From Vicugna vicugna (lineage: Eukaryota), in NCBI GenBank assembly GCA_013265495.1, contig MU057930.1, positions 1,628,057 through 1,692,056 of the forward strand: 64,000 nucleotides of DNA, read 5' to 3'. A program made the position numbers and the translations under genes. The stretch's first letter is position 1, and each line of letters starts with the position of its first letter. Below the pieces are notes generated by a model that did no database searches, was not told the origin of the DNA, and saw nothing but the letters and a program-made list of their open reading frames with translations. Positions 41,893 through 57,275 of this stretch are shown one piece after another.

Positions 41893-42721
41893 CCTGTGTG
41901 CCTCACATTCAGAAAATGACCTGACTCCAACGTCTTAAAAAAACTTCAGAGTTCAAATACAGCAGACAGTCACAGTATTGGCTGCTTTCTTTTATCTGAC
42001 CATTAGCTCATACTGTCATGACATCCCTGAACTTGAGTTAGACATTTTCACTGCACCCCTTATGGGCAAAGAGCTTGGGTCCTGAACACACTATCTTCCT
42101 CTGAATCTCAGTTCTGATGCTGCCCAGCCACTTAACACTTCTGATCCTCAAACTCGTTCAGTTTTAAAACAGAAACCACACAGGTGCCTGCCCCTTGGGG
42201 CTGCTGTGAATGTCATGCGCGATTAGGAGGGGCCAGATGCAGGCGAGGACTGGACAGGTCAGCCCTCCACGGCGCGGCAGTAATTCTCTGCCTCTCGAGT
42301 CTTACTCAAATAAATGCCTTGCTGTCCAAGATTTACCCAGATAAGGCTCTCTGTTGGAAAGCTGTAAGGCACGAAAACAAACACAACTCATGAACCAGCA
42401 ACAAAAGAAAAAGCAGTTGTAGGAGCAATAAACCCAAGGGTTCCATTTTAGGGGACGTCCCCTTGTCACGAATTATACCACGAAAGACGCCCTTCTCCCA
42501 GGTCAGGCCAGTTGAACATTCCTACCAGTGGCACAAAAACGGTTCACCAGGACACAGCATGAGAAACAGATCCATCACCCACTGCGTTTCCCCTTCATCA
42601 CCTACATCAAGGCATCGCTTAGCTTTTAAAACCAAAGAGACGTCTGCAAAAGGAAACACAAAGAAAGAAAATCGGCCACCTCCAAAATAAAGAATGGACG
42701 CGTAATTATTTGCACAAAGCA

Positions 42722-45658
42722 TTAGAAAATACTGTGATATTTTATTATTAAAAATGCTGCTGAAAAGTTTATACATATGTGTCCAGCCATATATATCTTC
42801 TATCATTACTTAAGGCAAAATCAAAAACAAAATCGCAAAATAATAATCCAAGAAACCATTAAACCCTGCGTGCCTGTGAAGGTCAAGAAAAAAAGCCTAG
42901 GAAAGTTTTTTTTTGTTTTTTAAACTAATTTTTTTCTCATTTTTTTCCTCTTTTTTTTTTAATAGATAGCAAGTATATTGTATTCTCATAGAACTCTATG
43001 AAGATTCTATAACTTCTTTCCATGTAGAAATAAGATACCATTTAAGGTGTATTAAATTGCTTTTTATCACAATCATCTGTGAAAGCTAAAGTTATTCACT
43101 TAACAAGAACTCTGTTTTTTTCCTTATCCAAATGTCACAAGCCTGATACATTACTGTGCATATTGCTAGCAGAAGACAATTGGAAATACTAAACAAATAC
43201 TGGAATTCACATTACAAACATACCAGACCCACATGGGTGCCAAGCATGACTTCCTTTGCAGTTCCATGAAAGCCTGTTTGTCGTAGCTCAGCTGGGGTAA
43301 CGCAGAGCTTGCAGAAATGGCCTGATAAGAGCTTTAAAAAAATGGTGAGCAGAAGTCTTACCCATGGCACCGCTAGCTGCAGGAAAAGAAACTGTTGCGT
43401 CACTGTGTGCGAAGTTGGGGCCGTCATGTTTCAGCTATGTACAGACAGAGAACCACTCTCCAACTTAAACCAAGATGAGCAACAGAATTTACTGTGTGCA
43501 TTCGCAAGAACTGTCTTTTCCTAAGGGGCATTTTTCAAACACTCCGATAGATTCCGCTACGGTTTTAGGTTACGGGTTCATGAATCCAAGATCGAGCAAA
43601 GGGACAAGGAAGTTGGGTTTTTTTTGTGGAGAATGCCCACCCTGGAAATTTAAGACTGGGTTCTTATGATCCACACCCTCACGCCCAGAGACATTATCCT
43701 CAAATATCTTTGGATACCTCCTGGTGTTGCAGAAATTTTTCAAAGACAGAATATAAAGGGACTATCATCATAATTTTCCCTTCCACTTTAGGACACTTTC
43801 AAAATATTCCTTAAGGAAAATTAAAAGGACAATGAGAAAATGACAAAGTGTCGGAGGGACAGACAGATCTCTAGTCCCCATCTCACCAATTTAAAGTGGG
43901 CGAATATTTCCGTGTGTGATCTTGACAGTGAAGCTGTCCCTAACTCCCCGGGAAACCGATGCAAAGCACTTTTCATGTTCTGTCCTTCTGGTCTGTTTTC
44001 CGTCTGTCCTACGTATGGATCAGTGACTGATACACAAACCCACAAAAGGTAAAAGTTTCAGACAAGCATATGTTTTATCCCATAAATGATAGAAAGAATT
44101 AAAAAAAAACCCAAAAAACAAAAACCTCTGCTTACTGATAAATAAGGGGACTTACTGCTTCAACAGAAAGGAAAGACACATGCCTTCCTTCAGTCTGATT
44201 AGCTAAACTGAGCAGGTCCTTTAGCTGCCAAACCCTCGGGCAGCTGCCGGGGAGGACAGAGCTGCATTGACGCGACAGAGCGTGGCCCCACCAAAGACAA
44301 GGTTTCTTTCGCTTTTTTTGGCAGGACCCTGGAGTGGGAAGAAGCAACTCTTCCTAAAGCGATTCAAAGAACCAGAACCACAGAACGAGATTTGTATTCT
44401 GTTTTGTTTTTTTGTTTTTTTTTCCTGCTGTCACTCTGGATGTGCGTGTTTCTAATTCAACAAGCTGTAAATACGTTCCACGTAGGGGTCCACCTTGGGG
44501 TTGCAGCTTCATGAAGCCTTAACACACACACACACACACACACACAAATAAAAGTTTTCCTAAAAACAAAAACCACAACGGTCTCCTAAGAATGCTGTTG
44601 CATGCACTTGTTCAGCCCGTGAAGGGGAGACAGCCCAGTGGCACAGACGGGCTGGGTCCGCTGTGGCAAAGCCACCTTCTCCTACAAATGAAATGCAGCA
44701 GAAAACCCCACGTCTTTTTTTTTGACCACAAGTAATTAAGAAAAAAATCCTCCTTTGTCCTGGAGGAAACAGAGGTGATATGACTAATGTGTATATATAT
44801 ATATATATATATATTTATATACATACAGACCACAATGGAAAGCACAATCTTGCTAAAAGCTCTTTCAAACTGAAAAACACCAATAAAAGCTTTTTTTTTG
44901 TTGTTTGTTTGTTTTCTTCCTCTGTGTGTGTGTGTTGGTTTAAACTCACAGCTATATACATTTTTTTTTAAATTTTTACAAAGTTTCTTAAATATAGTTC
45001 AGGCTGGCAAAACATCTCTTTGCACAGAACTCTATGTATGTAAGTGCATAGTCAGTTCTTTATTTTAATAATAAAATTCTACTTTTCCTTCTCTCTCGAT
45101 TACAGCTCCGTATGCTGAGTAAAAGCCCGCAGACTCTTTCTTTGCTTAAGTAGAGCCATTCGTTGCATGGCACGTAAAGAACTTTTATTTATTTATTTTT
45201 CAATTGTAATTAAAAAAAAAAAAACCAAAACCGAAACAGTGTGTCCTTGGCTGAGTTCCAGAAGTGTCAGCTTCTGCGGTCACATCGGAAAGATCCACGT
45301 CCTTGAAATGGTGATGTCCTAGTCACACTAACGTTTGCTGGAGTGGCGGCGATCTTAAAGCAGTATTGTAACAGCAATGTATACGTTTCACATTTTGTAG
45401 GGTCAGTAGTTGATCTCGTTGTACTGGGATATGTGGATGGGGAGGGTTTTTGCAAGGACATGAGATGCCCTTTTGCCTTTTTTTTTTTTTTTTCTTAAGG
45501 GGGGGGGGGGATTTTTTTTTTTGTCCTAAGCCAGTGGGATGAAACACAGTCTTTGCTGGGACATATTGCTACCCTCTTTCCTTCTGTCTTCGATGTTGTT
45601 GAGGGGGGGAGCCCGGGGCGGGGGGGAGCCCGGGGCGGATGGGAAGGAGATGGCAAAG
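42722..45658 (-). other. NLGN4X: NLGN4X 3'UTR (~2.9 kb)
   Basis: Stretch with no recognisable interspersed repeat between the stop codon and a canonical AATAAA, with U/A runs and (CA)n/(TA)n tracts. The cleavage site is inferred ~20 nt downstream of the signal. Confidence 0.75.
42741..42746 (-). terminator. Polyadenylation signal AATAAA (distal) of NLGN4X
   Basis: Minus strand reads ttaatAATAAAatatcacagtattttctaa followed by GU/U-rich gctttgtg...ttcttattttgg. Confidence 0.7.
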
Positions 45659-46591
<933 letters not shown>

Positions 46592-46884
46592 TTACAATCC
46601 GTTCCTTTCACACGTTTACCGATATGCACAAAGGGGTGAAGAGCTACAAATACATTGTCTTTATCCCAACATGGCTACCATTTTGTCATTTCTTTAAAGT
46701 CTCCTCTTATCTTTGTTTAAAAAGTAACTCCTGATGGCCACATTGCAGCATTTTCATAACATTGCTATATATATATATATATATATTTTATAATGCATCG
46801 AATTATCTTCCACCATAAAGAAGGAAAATAAATTGTGTCTTGGAAAATTTTCAGGATTTCAATTTTAACATTTTAACTCCTTTT

Positions 46885-47098
46885 CAGTCATAAATCTCAT
46901 CCGGGGGTGATTTGCCCACAACGGGGCATCTGGAAACGTCTGGAGATGTTTTTGTTTATTATAGATGAAGGGTGGTGCTAAGAATGGTAGAGTCCAGGGT
47001 CCATGCTAAATGTTCTCCAGTGCACAGGACAGCCCCCACCCCACAGCAAAGACGTATCTGGTCACACATGTCAACAGTACTGGGTTTGAGCAATTCTG
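46885..47098 (+). mobile_element. MER20-like hAT DNA transposon relic
   Basis: gggggtgatttgccc...gtctggaga...atgctaaat...tgcacaggacagccccc...atgtcaacagt. Confidence 0.75.
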
Positions 47099-48034
47099 AT
47101 GTACCGGCTCAGGTTCAAAATCTGAGCATTCTCTTTCTTGCTTGGGAATATGTTCTTTGGTAAATAAATAGATATTACAGCTAATAACAACTAAACTACA
47201 CGTTAAAAATCAAATAAAAACTGGCTTTTGTAATGACTAAATGTTAACCAGTGGAAATAGGCATCACTTGTTTGTATTCTTAAAATGCCTGTATACTTGA
47301 AAACCTTTTGAAGACTGAATCTCATAAAGATCAATCCACAGTCTATTAATTGAAGAGGTTTGCTAAGGTAGTGCTTTCCAATAGGCTGAAGTTACGGTCA
47401 TTAGAAGAACCACAAAAGAGGCAAGAAATCGAGGGTTTTTATAGATGTCAAGTGTGCTTGGCACGTAAGAATTTCTCCTGATTTACATAAGTGGGCACAG
47501 GCAGGGTGAGAATCATCAAAATTGGATATTCTCCACAAAACATGGTACTTGAAACATCTTTGCCTCCAACTCTTTAAAGATAAGAAACAACATCCCCAAA
47601 GATACCACATTCTCATTTCTTCCTTTTTTTTTTTTTAGTCTTGGTAACATGAGGCATAAGAGAGAGTTCATTGTAACGTTTCTTTGTTTTGGAAAACTTC
47701 AGATTGTGCATGATAAAATGTCACTGAGTAGACAGCACTAAACCCTGAGACATGATGTACAGACTCGGCTTGTTCAGATTTATTGCTCTGGGTGCTCTAA
47801 CTTCCACCTTGCAGGTATCAACTTCTTGGCAGCACGTTTATGAATCTGTCTCCAGCCACTGCCTGTTTGCTCACATGCCAGATGGCTGGGGGACCGGGAG
47901 GTCCTACCGGAAGACCTTAAGTCTACAGATGTCCCCAGATATTGTAAGGAGGCAAACAACACCCTTGACCAACAGATATAACATCTGCTTACAGGAAGGA
48001 CTTTAGCCCTCAGTCTGAGGCGGTCAGAATCACC

Positions 48035-48440
48035 TCTGTACCCTGGGCTCTGTACCTCTCCTTGACAGATGTGAAATCTTGCGCAAATTCTTAAGCCTCT
48101 CTTAGTCTAATCTTCCTCATCTATAAAATGGGTAAGAATCATGCAATTAGAAGTAAGTGATGGATTTCAAAACTGTAGAATGGATAAACAAGATTATACT
48201 GTATAGCACAGGGAAATATACACAAGATCTTACGGCAGCTCACAGAGAAAAAATGTGGCAATGAATATATGTATGTTTATGCATAATTGAAAAATTGCGC
48301 TCTACACTGGAATTTGTCACAACATTGTAAAATGATTATAAATCAATAAAAATGTTTAAAAAAAAGAAAAGAAGTAAGTGATGAAGCTTAAATAATAACG
48401 ACAATATTCCTGGCATGTAGTAAGAGCTCAATAAATGGTA
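48035..48440 (+). mobile_element. MIR SINE interrupted by an L1 3' end
   Basis: MIR core ttcctcatctataaaatggg and 3' cctggcatgtagtaagagctcaataaatg. Confidence 0.65.
48163..48369 (+). mobile_element. Short L1 3' end
   Basis: 14-bp TSD agaagtaagtgatg; A-tail. Confidence 0.88.
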
Positions 48441-48487
48441 TTCCTTTCTGCAATGCATAAATTAGAACGCTTAAAAATGTCTAGGGA

Positions 48488-48811
48488 TTGAGGTATGACT
48501 GGAAAATTGTCCTGTGTACCAGAAATTGACACAACGTTGTAAACTGACTATAACTCAACTAAGAAAAATAAATTAATTTTAAAAAATGGCTAGGATTTCA
48601 AAATGTAGAATAGATAAACAAGATTGTACTGTGTAGCACAGGGAAATATATACAGGATCTTGTGGTGGCTCACAGCGAAAGAGAATGTGACAATGAATGT
48701 ATGTATGTTCATGCTTAACTGAAAAATTGTGCTCTACGCTGGAATTTGACACAACATTGTAAAATGACTATAACTCAATAAAAAATTGTTAAAAAAATAA
48801 AAATTAAAAAA
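48488..48811 (+). mobile_element. Two serial short L1 3' ends (48488-48578 and 48595-48811)
   Basis: Target motif aaaaatg(t/g)ctagg occurs three times, around and between them. Confidence 0.8.
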
Positions 48812-48844
48812 TTAAAAAATGGCTAGGGAGAGGGGACTACAAAT

Positions 48845-49790
48845 AATATACTGTATATAACCACAGTATATGCCATATGCTATATATTTTATATACTCTA
48901 TACTGTAAAATGTGTACTATATACCAGGATATGTTTCACAATATATAGTATATGCTGCATAATAATATACCATATACCACAGTATATACAGTGCAGTATA
49001 TACTATAGATGGTTTATGCTGCCTGACAACATACTGCATACCACAGTATATAAGGTACACTGTATACTACACATGGCCTATGTTGCATAATAATATACTG
49101 TATACCACAGTATATATGGTATACTATATTCTACACATGGTCTATGCTGTATGACAATATACCATATACCACAGTACATACGCTACACTATATACCACAG
49201 ATGGTCTATTTTGCATAATAATACATGGTATACCACAGTATATATGGTACAGTATATGCTACACATGGTCTATGTTGTATGACAATATATTGCATACCAT
49301 AGCATATACAGTACACTATATAATGTATATAGTATATGCTGTATACAAGTACACCATATACCACAGTATATATGGTACACTATGTACTACACATGATCTA
49401 CGTTGCATGAAAATTCACTGTATACCACAGTATATATGGTATACTATATACTATATATAGCATATGTGGTAAAAACGTACACTGTGTATACCATAGCATA
49501 TACAGTACCCTATATAATGTATATAGTATATGCTGTATACAAGTACACCGTATACCACAGTATATATGGTACACTATGTACTACACATGGTCTACATTGC
49601 ATGACAATATACTGTATACCACAGTATATATGGTATACTATATACTATATATAGTATATGCAGTAAAGACGTGTAGTGTGTATACCACAGCATGTATGGT
49701 ACACTCTATACTGTGTATAGTAAATACTGTATAAAACATTTTGTATAGTAGAGGACATACTGCATAGTATATACTGTATATACATAGAGA
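48845..49790. repeat. AT-rich minisatellite, 64-bp unit
   Basis: acca(c/t)ag anchor at 48976, 49040, 49104, 49168, 49232, 49296, 49360, 49424, 49490, 49554, 49618 and 49684. Confidence 0.9.
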
Positions 49791-49917
49791 TGGCTAGATG
49801 TGCAATATATAGATATGATGATATATGTGGGATACCAGACAATGAAATCTTAGCATGTAACCAAATACACACTAACTGCTGTGCTTTCAATAAGGAGTAG
49901 AAAAAGATTTCAAAAAA

Positions 49918-50017
49918 ATTTTTTTTATTGATTTATAATCATTTTACAATGTTGTGTCAAATTCCAGTGTAGAGCATAATTTTTCAGTTATACATGAACA
50001 TATACATTTTTATTCAT
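49918..50017 (-). mobile_element. Short L1 3' tail
   Basis: Poly-T plus attgatttataatcattttacaatgttgtgtcaaattccagtgtagagc. Confidence 0.8.
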
Positions 50018-51307
50018 ATTAAAGATATTTTAAAATTTTACTAATATTGAAAATACTTCTAAAAATTTAAAAATATTTGAAAAAGTATATGTCCTGTCCT
50101 GATGCTGTCTTCATTTATAAACAATAATATTAATAATATCCTATCTATAAATATTAAATATTTAATACTTTAAAGTAATCTGCACTGAATTTATTTTTAT
50201 ATCCTTATGTTTCAGAAAAATGTTGGACTCTGTATAGCACCTCATGTTTCTTTTCAGTCTTTGCCATGCATTGTTGAAAACTTCCTATTTAATTGGAAAT
50301 CTGCCACAGAAAAGTCGGTCGTCAATTTTTATTCTTCTAAAAGCAATGAAAGGTAGTGAGGATTCCTGTTATTTTCGCAGTGATCTGATTTCACAGAATT
50401 GGGTCTTTTAGACGTGTTGACTTTTTTTTAAGGAGAAGGCATCTGGGAGAGAGTGCGTCTCTTTGTGTTGGATATGAGGTTTCTTGTGATGGAATGTGGT
50501 GTACGTCTGAAAGGTAAGGAAACACATTTATTCTGTTCTCGAAGAACAGAGCGGAGGATTTTGAAAATACAGATAAGTAAGCGTTAGCCTGGTACAATCT
50601 GTCTGTTAAGGTTCTCGGAGATGCACAGACGCACAGTCAGAAGTCGTAAACCAAGACAAACTCACAGAGTTTAGCACAGCTCATTTTCCCTTGTCAAAGA
50701 CCCCAAAGACACTAAGATCTCGGAGGACATCAGTGTCTCGTGTTTTACGCTTTCCTTTGGCGTACGGCGTGTCTCAATTCCGTGAGTAAAATTAAAGCTG
50801 ATAATGATTAAAGAGAACGAAACAGACACATCTCCATTCCCTAGGAAAAGCCTTAATGTGTATCTGTATCCGTATTTCTCAATACCTAACACACACTTTT
50901 TCACCTGGGACATCACGTCGGCAGGGTACAGTTAAATGCATTTCCGAGGTCCCATGGTTCATTCATTTGCAAGAGATGGATAACATGACTTCTTTAAAAA
51001 TACCTCTGGCGTGCTCCTTCTGATGGTTCAAGGTTTTCCTCACCCATAAAACAACTTCCTGGTTGCTTACAGCCGCTAGACCTCTAAGAAGAGACGCACC
51101 CATGCACCCAGAATTATGTATTCAGTCCCTCCCATGCAACACGTAGAGATGTTCATTCACTGAGCTCAAAACACTTCTGGGCAATAAAGGTCACTTTTAA
51201 AACCACAGTTATGCCACGACTCTTTCTAAGCCATCTTCCCTGTCTGTTTTCTGACTTTTGAAAAGATTTAGCAAAAGCTGAATACACAGTAATTATAGGA
51301 TACTAGC

Positions 51308-51835
51308 CAAGACATGGAAACAGCCTAAATGTCCATCAACATGTAACTGGATAAAGAAGAGGTGGTATATTTATACAATGGAATACTACTCAGCCATGAA
51401 GATGACAACATGATGCCATTTGCAGCAACATGCATGCTCCTGGAGAATGTCATTCTAAGTGAAGTAAGCCAGAAAGAGAAAGAAAAATACCATATGAGAT
51501 CGCTCATATGTGGAATCTAAACAAACAAACAAACAAACAAAGCATAAATACAGAACAGAAATAGACTCATAGACATAGAATAGAGACTTGTGGTTGTCAA
51601 GGGGGTGGAGGGTGGGAAGAGATAGATGGGATTTCAAAACTGTAGACTAGATAAACAAGATTATACTGTATAGCACAGGGAAATGTATACAAGATCTTAC
51701 AGTAAGCTGACAGAGAAAGGAATGTGACAATGAATATATATATGTTCACATATAATTGAAAAATTGTGCTCTACACTGGAATTTGACACAGCATTGTAAA
51801 ATGATTATAAATCAACAAAAAAAATGTTAAAAAAA
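51308..51835 (+). mobile_element. L1 3' end
   Basis: TSD aggatactagc; A-tail. Confidence 0.9.
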
Positions 51836-51979
51836 AGGATACTAGCAAAATCAAAAGTCACCATGGCATCTGAAAGTCACCCTACCTACATTGGTATATT
51901 TCAACATATTGAGATATATGTTTCTTTTATCACATAATATATGTTGGCTTATTGGCCAACTGCGTTCCCGTCTCTGAAT

Positions 51980-52316
51980 TCAAGAGCTTCTAAAGTCTTC
52001 GATCTATAATGCTTAAACTACTGTTCACTGCCAGATCTTCTGTAGAGACCCTCTTTCTGCCTATTTCATCCACCTCTCCCCACACAGAACCCAAACTGAA
52101 ATGGTCCTTGATGGATGAGCACCTGATTTCTACTGCGTGGTCAGGAATCAAGAGCTTCTAAAGTCTTCGATCTATAATGCTTATAAACTACTGTTCACTG
52201 CCAGATCTTCTGTAGAGACCCTCTTTCTGCCTATTTCATCCACCTCTCCCCACACGGAACCCAAACTGAAATGGTCCTTGATGGATGAGCACCTGATTTC
52301 TACTGCGTGGTCAGGA
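51980..52316. repeat. Near-perfect ~168-bp tandem duplication
   Basis: Copies at 51980-52147 and 52148-52316. Confidence 0.93.
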
Positions 52317-54269
52317 CCAACTCCTTCCTGCCCTAGTGCCAGAGAGATTCTATGGGACAAAGAGTTTAAATCTTTATAATCATTGGTAAAGCTTGGAATT
52401 ACTTTAAAATTTTTCCCTGACATTACTTCTCATTTATCAAAATTCTCTAAATAGCCTTACTTGCATCCAGCTACTTAATATTTTGGCCTTCATTGCTCTT
52501 TTGCAGCACCATTTTGGTTTCGTCTGCTCAGTTGGATCATTGAAACAGTCTCCTAGTGACAAAAGCATCTTCCTTTGTTCGCCTTCCCTCCTTCTTTCTT
52601 CTCTTCCTGCCTTCTTCCTTCCTTCCCTTCATGCTTACCACACGCACCATCCCCACATTACTTTTCTGTGCTCAAAAAAAAAAACAAAACCCAAATTATT
52701 TGGCATACCAGATACATTTAAGCCCAGAGGTAATGTTGGATCTCTTAGCTTTGGTTGTAGGAAAAGAAGCCTCAGGGTGCACGCTTCCCTAGCAACATGT
52801 CTGGACAAACAGGACCATCAGGGCGCTGTTCGCCAGGTGGAGCAGATTTGAATTTCCACCCAGGGGGCATGGAAAATTATGTTCTGTCACAACGTCATCC
52901 TCTCCTCCCAGCCAGATGTCGTGATACACGTAGGCAAGATCGTCTTGTAACCAGTCTCCCCTCTCCCTAGGGCTTCCAGGGAGCAGCTGAAGGCACTCAA
53001 ATGCATTCCATTGTCTTCTGTGGGTCACTGCCTGAGAATGTGTTCTGGAGAACAGAGTCGAGCATCTCACTTCACTCAGTGACATCAGAGACGGTTTATC
53101 CTCTGCTGTTCCCTCCCTGGCACCACACTGCCTCACTCTGCTCAGCTGGGCCACCTTAGCAGCCCTCGTAGGGACAAAGAAATCCTCACCGACACAGGGC
53201 TGATCATGTTTAAAATAAATAGCTTGCAACCATCCTGAGCTCAGTCTGCTTTCTTGTTTCACCAGATGCCACTGAAATCTGACCTTCCACTCACCGACAT
53301 TTGAAGTTGCCCTTTGCAACGTATGTTAGAGGGGAAGGGCTGGGTAACGTCCTTGAAGGATGACTTGAGTCATTGCAACGACCTTTCTGATGAGTGGAGA
53401 AAACGCACTGCGTTAGTACCCCTGACAGCGATCCCAGCTAGGCTCCACGTGGAGCGCAGAAACAAAAATAGCTCCTGCTTGGACCAAGTCCAGCTTCTTC
53501 AGTCTGACATCCAAGGTCCTCCCATCAGGGATATCCTGAGATCTCCGCCTGAAGTTCTGGACTCCGGTTCAGATGACAGATGTACTTCCAAGTAAGTCCT
53601 CATTCCTTTCCCATCTGCACCACTTACTTCAGCATCTTTACGAAATCCTAAATTATCCTGAACACGTACCCCTGATGGCCACGTGAGTATACTGGGCCAG
53701 TGCTTAAGCCCAGGTTATCTTATATCTGTGTGTCTAAGTTCCCCCAATGAGGGGTGTGAGCCACAGGCAGTAGGCAAAGTGATTTTAGGAAACAGAGTTA
53801 CGGCATTAAAAAGCAGTCAACGTTGTCCACGTTTTCAGTCCTCGCTTAGTCTCCGATAGGTCCTGGGAAATGTATCCATTTAATGCTAGCACCTCCGAAC
53901 CATCTCATGACATTCATTAATTTCCCTTATCTTTCTCTTTCTCTTGTTTTAAATGATGGGAGAGGCTAGGTCTCGGAGCCTTTGGCAGGCAAGAACACCT
54001 AATGAGAATTTAATGGCTTTATTTGGATTTCACAGATTTTTTTCCTCCCTCAATGGTTCAGTTACATTCATGATGAATGATCCCAGCTTTCCACTTAAGG
54101 AAAGCATATAAAGGTGATTTGCAAAACACCCAAGAGAAAAAAGAAAGTAGGTGGCTTTAAGCAAACTGAAGCAACGATGTTGTGTCTTGATGTTAGGGAA
54201 AGAAGTTTGGATGGGAATGTGCTGAATAGACATGGCCCTTGTTTGGGGTATGCCCATGGGGGTCTTTTT

Positions 54270-54399
54270 TTTTTTAATCTTTTTGTGGGGAGGGGTAATT
54301 AGGGTTACTTATTTACTTTTGATGGACGTACTGGGGATTGAACCCAGGACCTTGTGCATGCTCAGCATGCGCTCTATCACTGAGCTACACCCTCCTCCC
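54270..54399 (-). mobile_element. Vic-1-like SINE
   Basis: tRNA-Ala-like head; TSD cc(a/g)tgggggtcttttt. Confidence 0.88.
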
Positions 54400-54489
54400 C
54401 CGTGGGGGTCTTTTTGCTTGAAGAGAATGCACACATTTGCAACGGCAGTTCTATGACACAACTGGACACTGGTCCCACCTTTAAAAGAG

Positions 54490-54960
54490 GTTATGGGTTG
54501 AACTGTTTCTCCCTCAAATGAAGATACACCGAGGTCCCAATCTCCCAGGACCTCATGGTGTGATCTGACTGGACATAGGGTCATTGGAGATGCAGTCGGT
54601 CAAGTTGAGATGAGGTCACACTGCAGCAAGAAAGACTCCTACACCAATGTGATTGGTGTCCTTATAAGAAGGTGGCCACATAAGGACAGAGATGTGCTGG
54701 GAGACCTCCATGAGAGAACAGACGCAGAGCTCGGAGAGGTGCCCCTGCAGATCGGGCGAAGCCAAGCACTGCCGGCAAGCCACCAGAAGTTAGGCAGCAG
54801 CGGGGAAGCATTCCCCTACAGGTTTTAGAGGGAATTCACCTCTGCCAACACCTTCATCTCAAACTTCTAGCCTCCAGAAATGGAGAAAGAATTCGTTTCT
54901 GTTGTGTTAAGCCATGTTGTTTTTGATGCTTAGTTACAGTCATGCTAGGAATCTAATAAA
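54490..54960 (+). mobile_element. MaLR LTR (MLT1B/C-like)
   Basis: gttatgggttgaactgt...gatgaggtca...ggtgtccttataagaag...ctgccaacacctt...cttctagcctccagaa. Confidence 0.8.
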
Positions 54961-56321
54961 CCAGGGCTACACAAAAATACTTGCCGATGCGACCTCGATC
55001 ACCTTGTCAGAGAAAGAACCCGTGGTGCAAGACAAGCATCTCTCCCGAACGGTTGCACGTTCTCCGTCTCCCGCCGCCTTTCTCAGGTAAAACTTGCCAA
55101 ATCTGACCGTTTTAAATGGTATCCATGCAACAAGCCACGCTTTTCCTAAGACTGCAAAGCTGTGAAACCACTTCCCACCAAGGACTATTGGGAATCGTTG
55201 AAAAGAATGATACGTGCTAACCCCCGAAACATTCCCTGTATCCCCACATCCCCACACCGGAGCCACGGAAGGCTGGAGGAACCGCAGGGCCACCGCGGTG
55301 TGCGAGCCTGGTTCCACCACCCAGCCGCCTGCGGAAAGATTTACCACCGCTTCCCGGAGCCCGGGGCATCTTCATTTCCAATTCAGTACAAGAAGTTCAA
55401 GGCTAATGACAGAAGCGCACGCAGGTAGAACAGAATGATACCTCATTAATTTCCACCATCAGGTTACGAGACAAGAGGAAATGAAAAGGACGCTCTGATA
55501 GTTGGAGCTCTTTAAGATTTTGGGAAGCTTTTCTCTTATTGTTTGCAGGGAATCTGTGCTGTACAGTATCAGAGGACCCTGTTGTATGCATAACTCTTGT
55601 ATATTTTGTACCACATTCAGCCGAAGAGCTTTCTATATATGTATACATATACATAAATATATTCCCATGTATAAAATTCACATTTATTAATGAAATAAAT
55701 TGGCAGAAATAGCTATATCCAAATGAAATAAATATATTTGTAAATATGTTTGTATATGAAATAAATCTCATAACTATAGAGAAATGCTTTGTATATATTA
55801 TATATATATACGCACCCCTACATAGGATTTCTCTATAGTTATGAGAAGACGAGCTCTGTGCATACACATATACAATGTATATATTATACACACAGATAGT
55901 ATTTCTCTATATCTATTATGAGATTTATCTCATTTCTTGGCTGTGCAGTAAACACAATTTGCCACATAGCACATACAGTTTGATAACCCTATTACTTACC
56001 AAATGAGACAGGGTCCTATTTAGATTTGAAACTCTGGGATCAACTTCCAGTAGAACCGTGAAAGAGATCTAAACCCTACCCCCAGATGGTAGAAAGCAGT
56101 TTTCAATATGCATCTAGCACCTTAGTAAAAATCTGGTTTGACAGAAAACAAATTAGAGGTAAGGGGAAAAAATGAGGTCTCTCTAGACCTGGAGGGGAAA
56201 AGACCGTTCATGTTATTGTGTGTGCAGGCGTGTGCAGGTGTGCGCATGTGTGCGCGTGGCTCTGTACTGTGATCTAGCCAGCCGTGCACACAACACTTCC
56301 ATGGAACAACCAGACGTGCTA

Positions 56322-57275
<954 letters not shown>

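Noticed and set aside
48845..49790. CRISPR-like regularly spaced repeats
   Set aside because: Mammalian DNA, the inter-repeat segments are themselves homologous, and there are no cas genes; it is a minisatellite.
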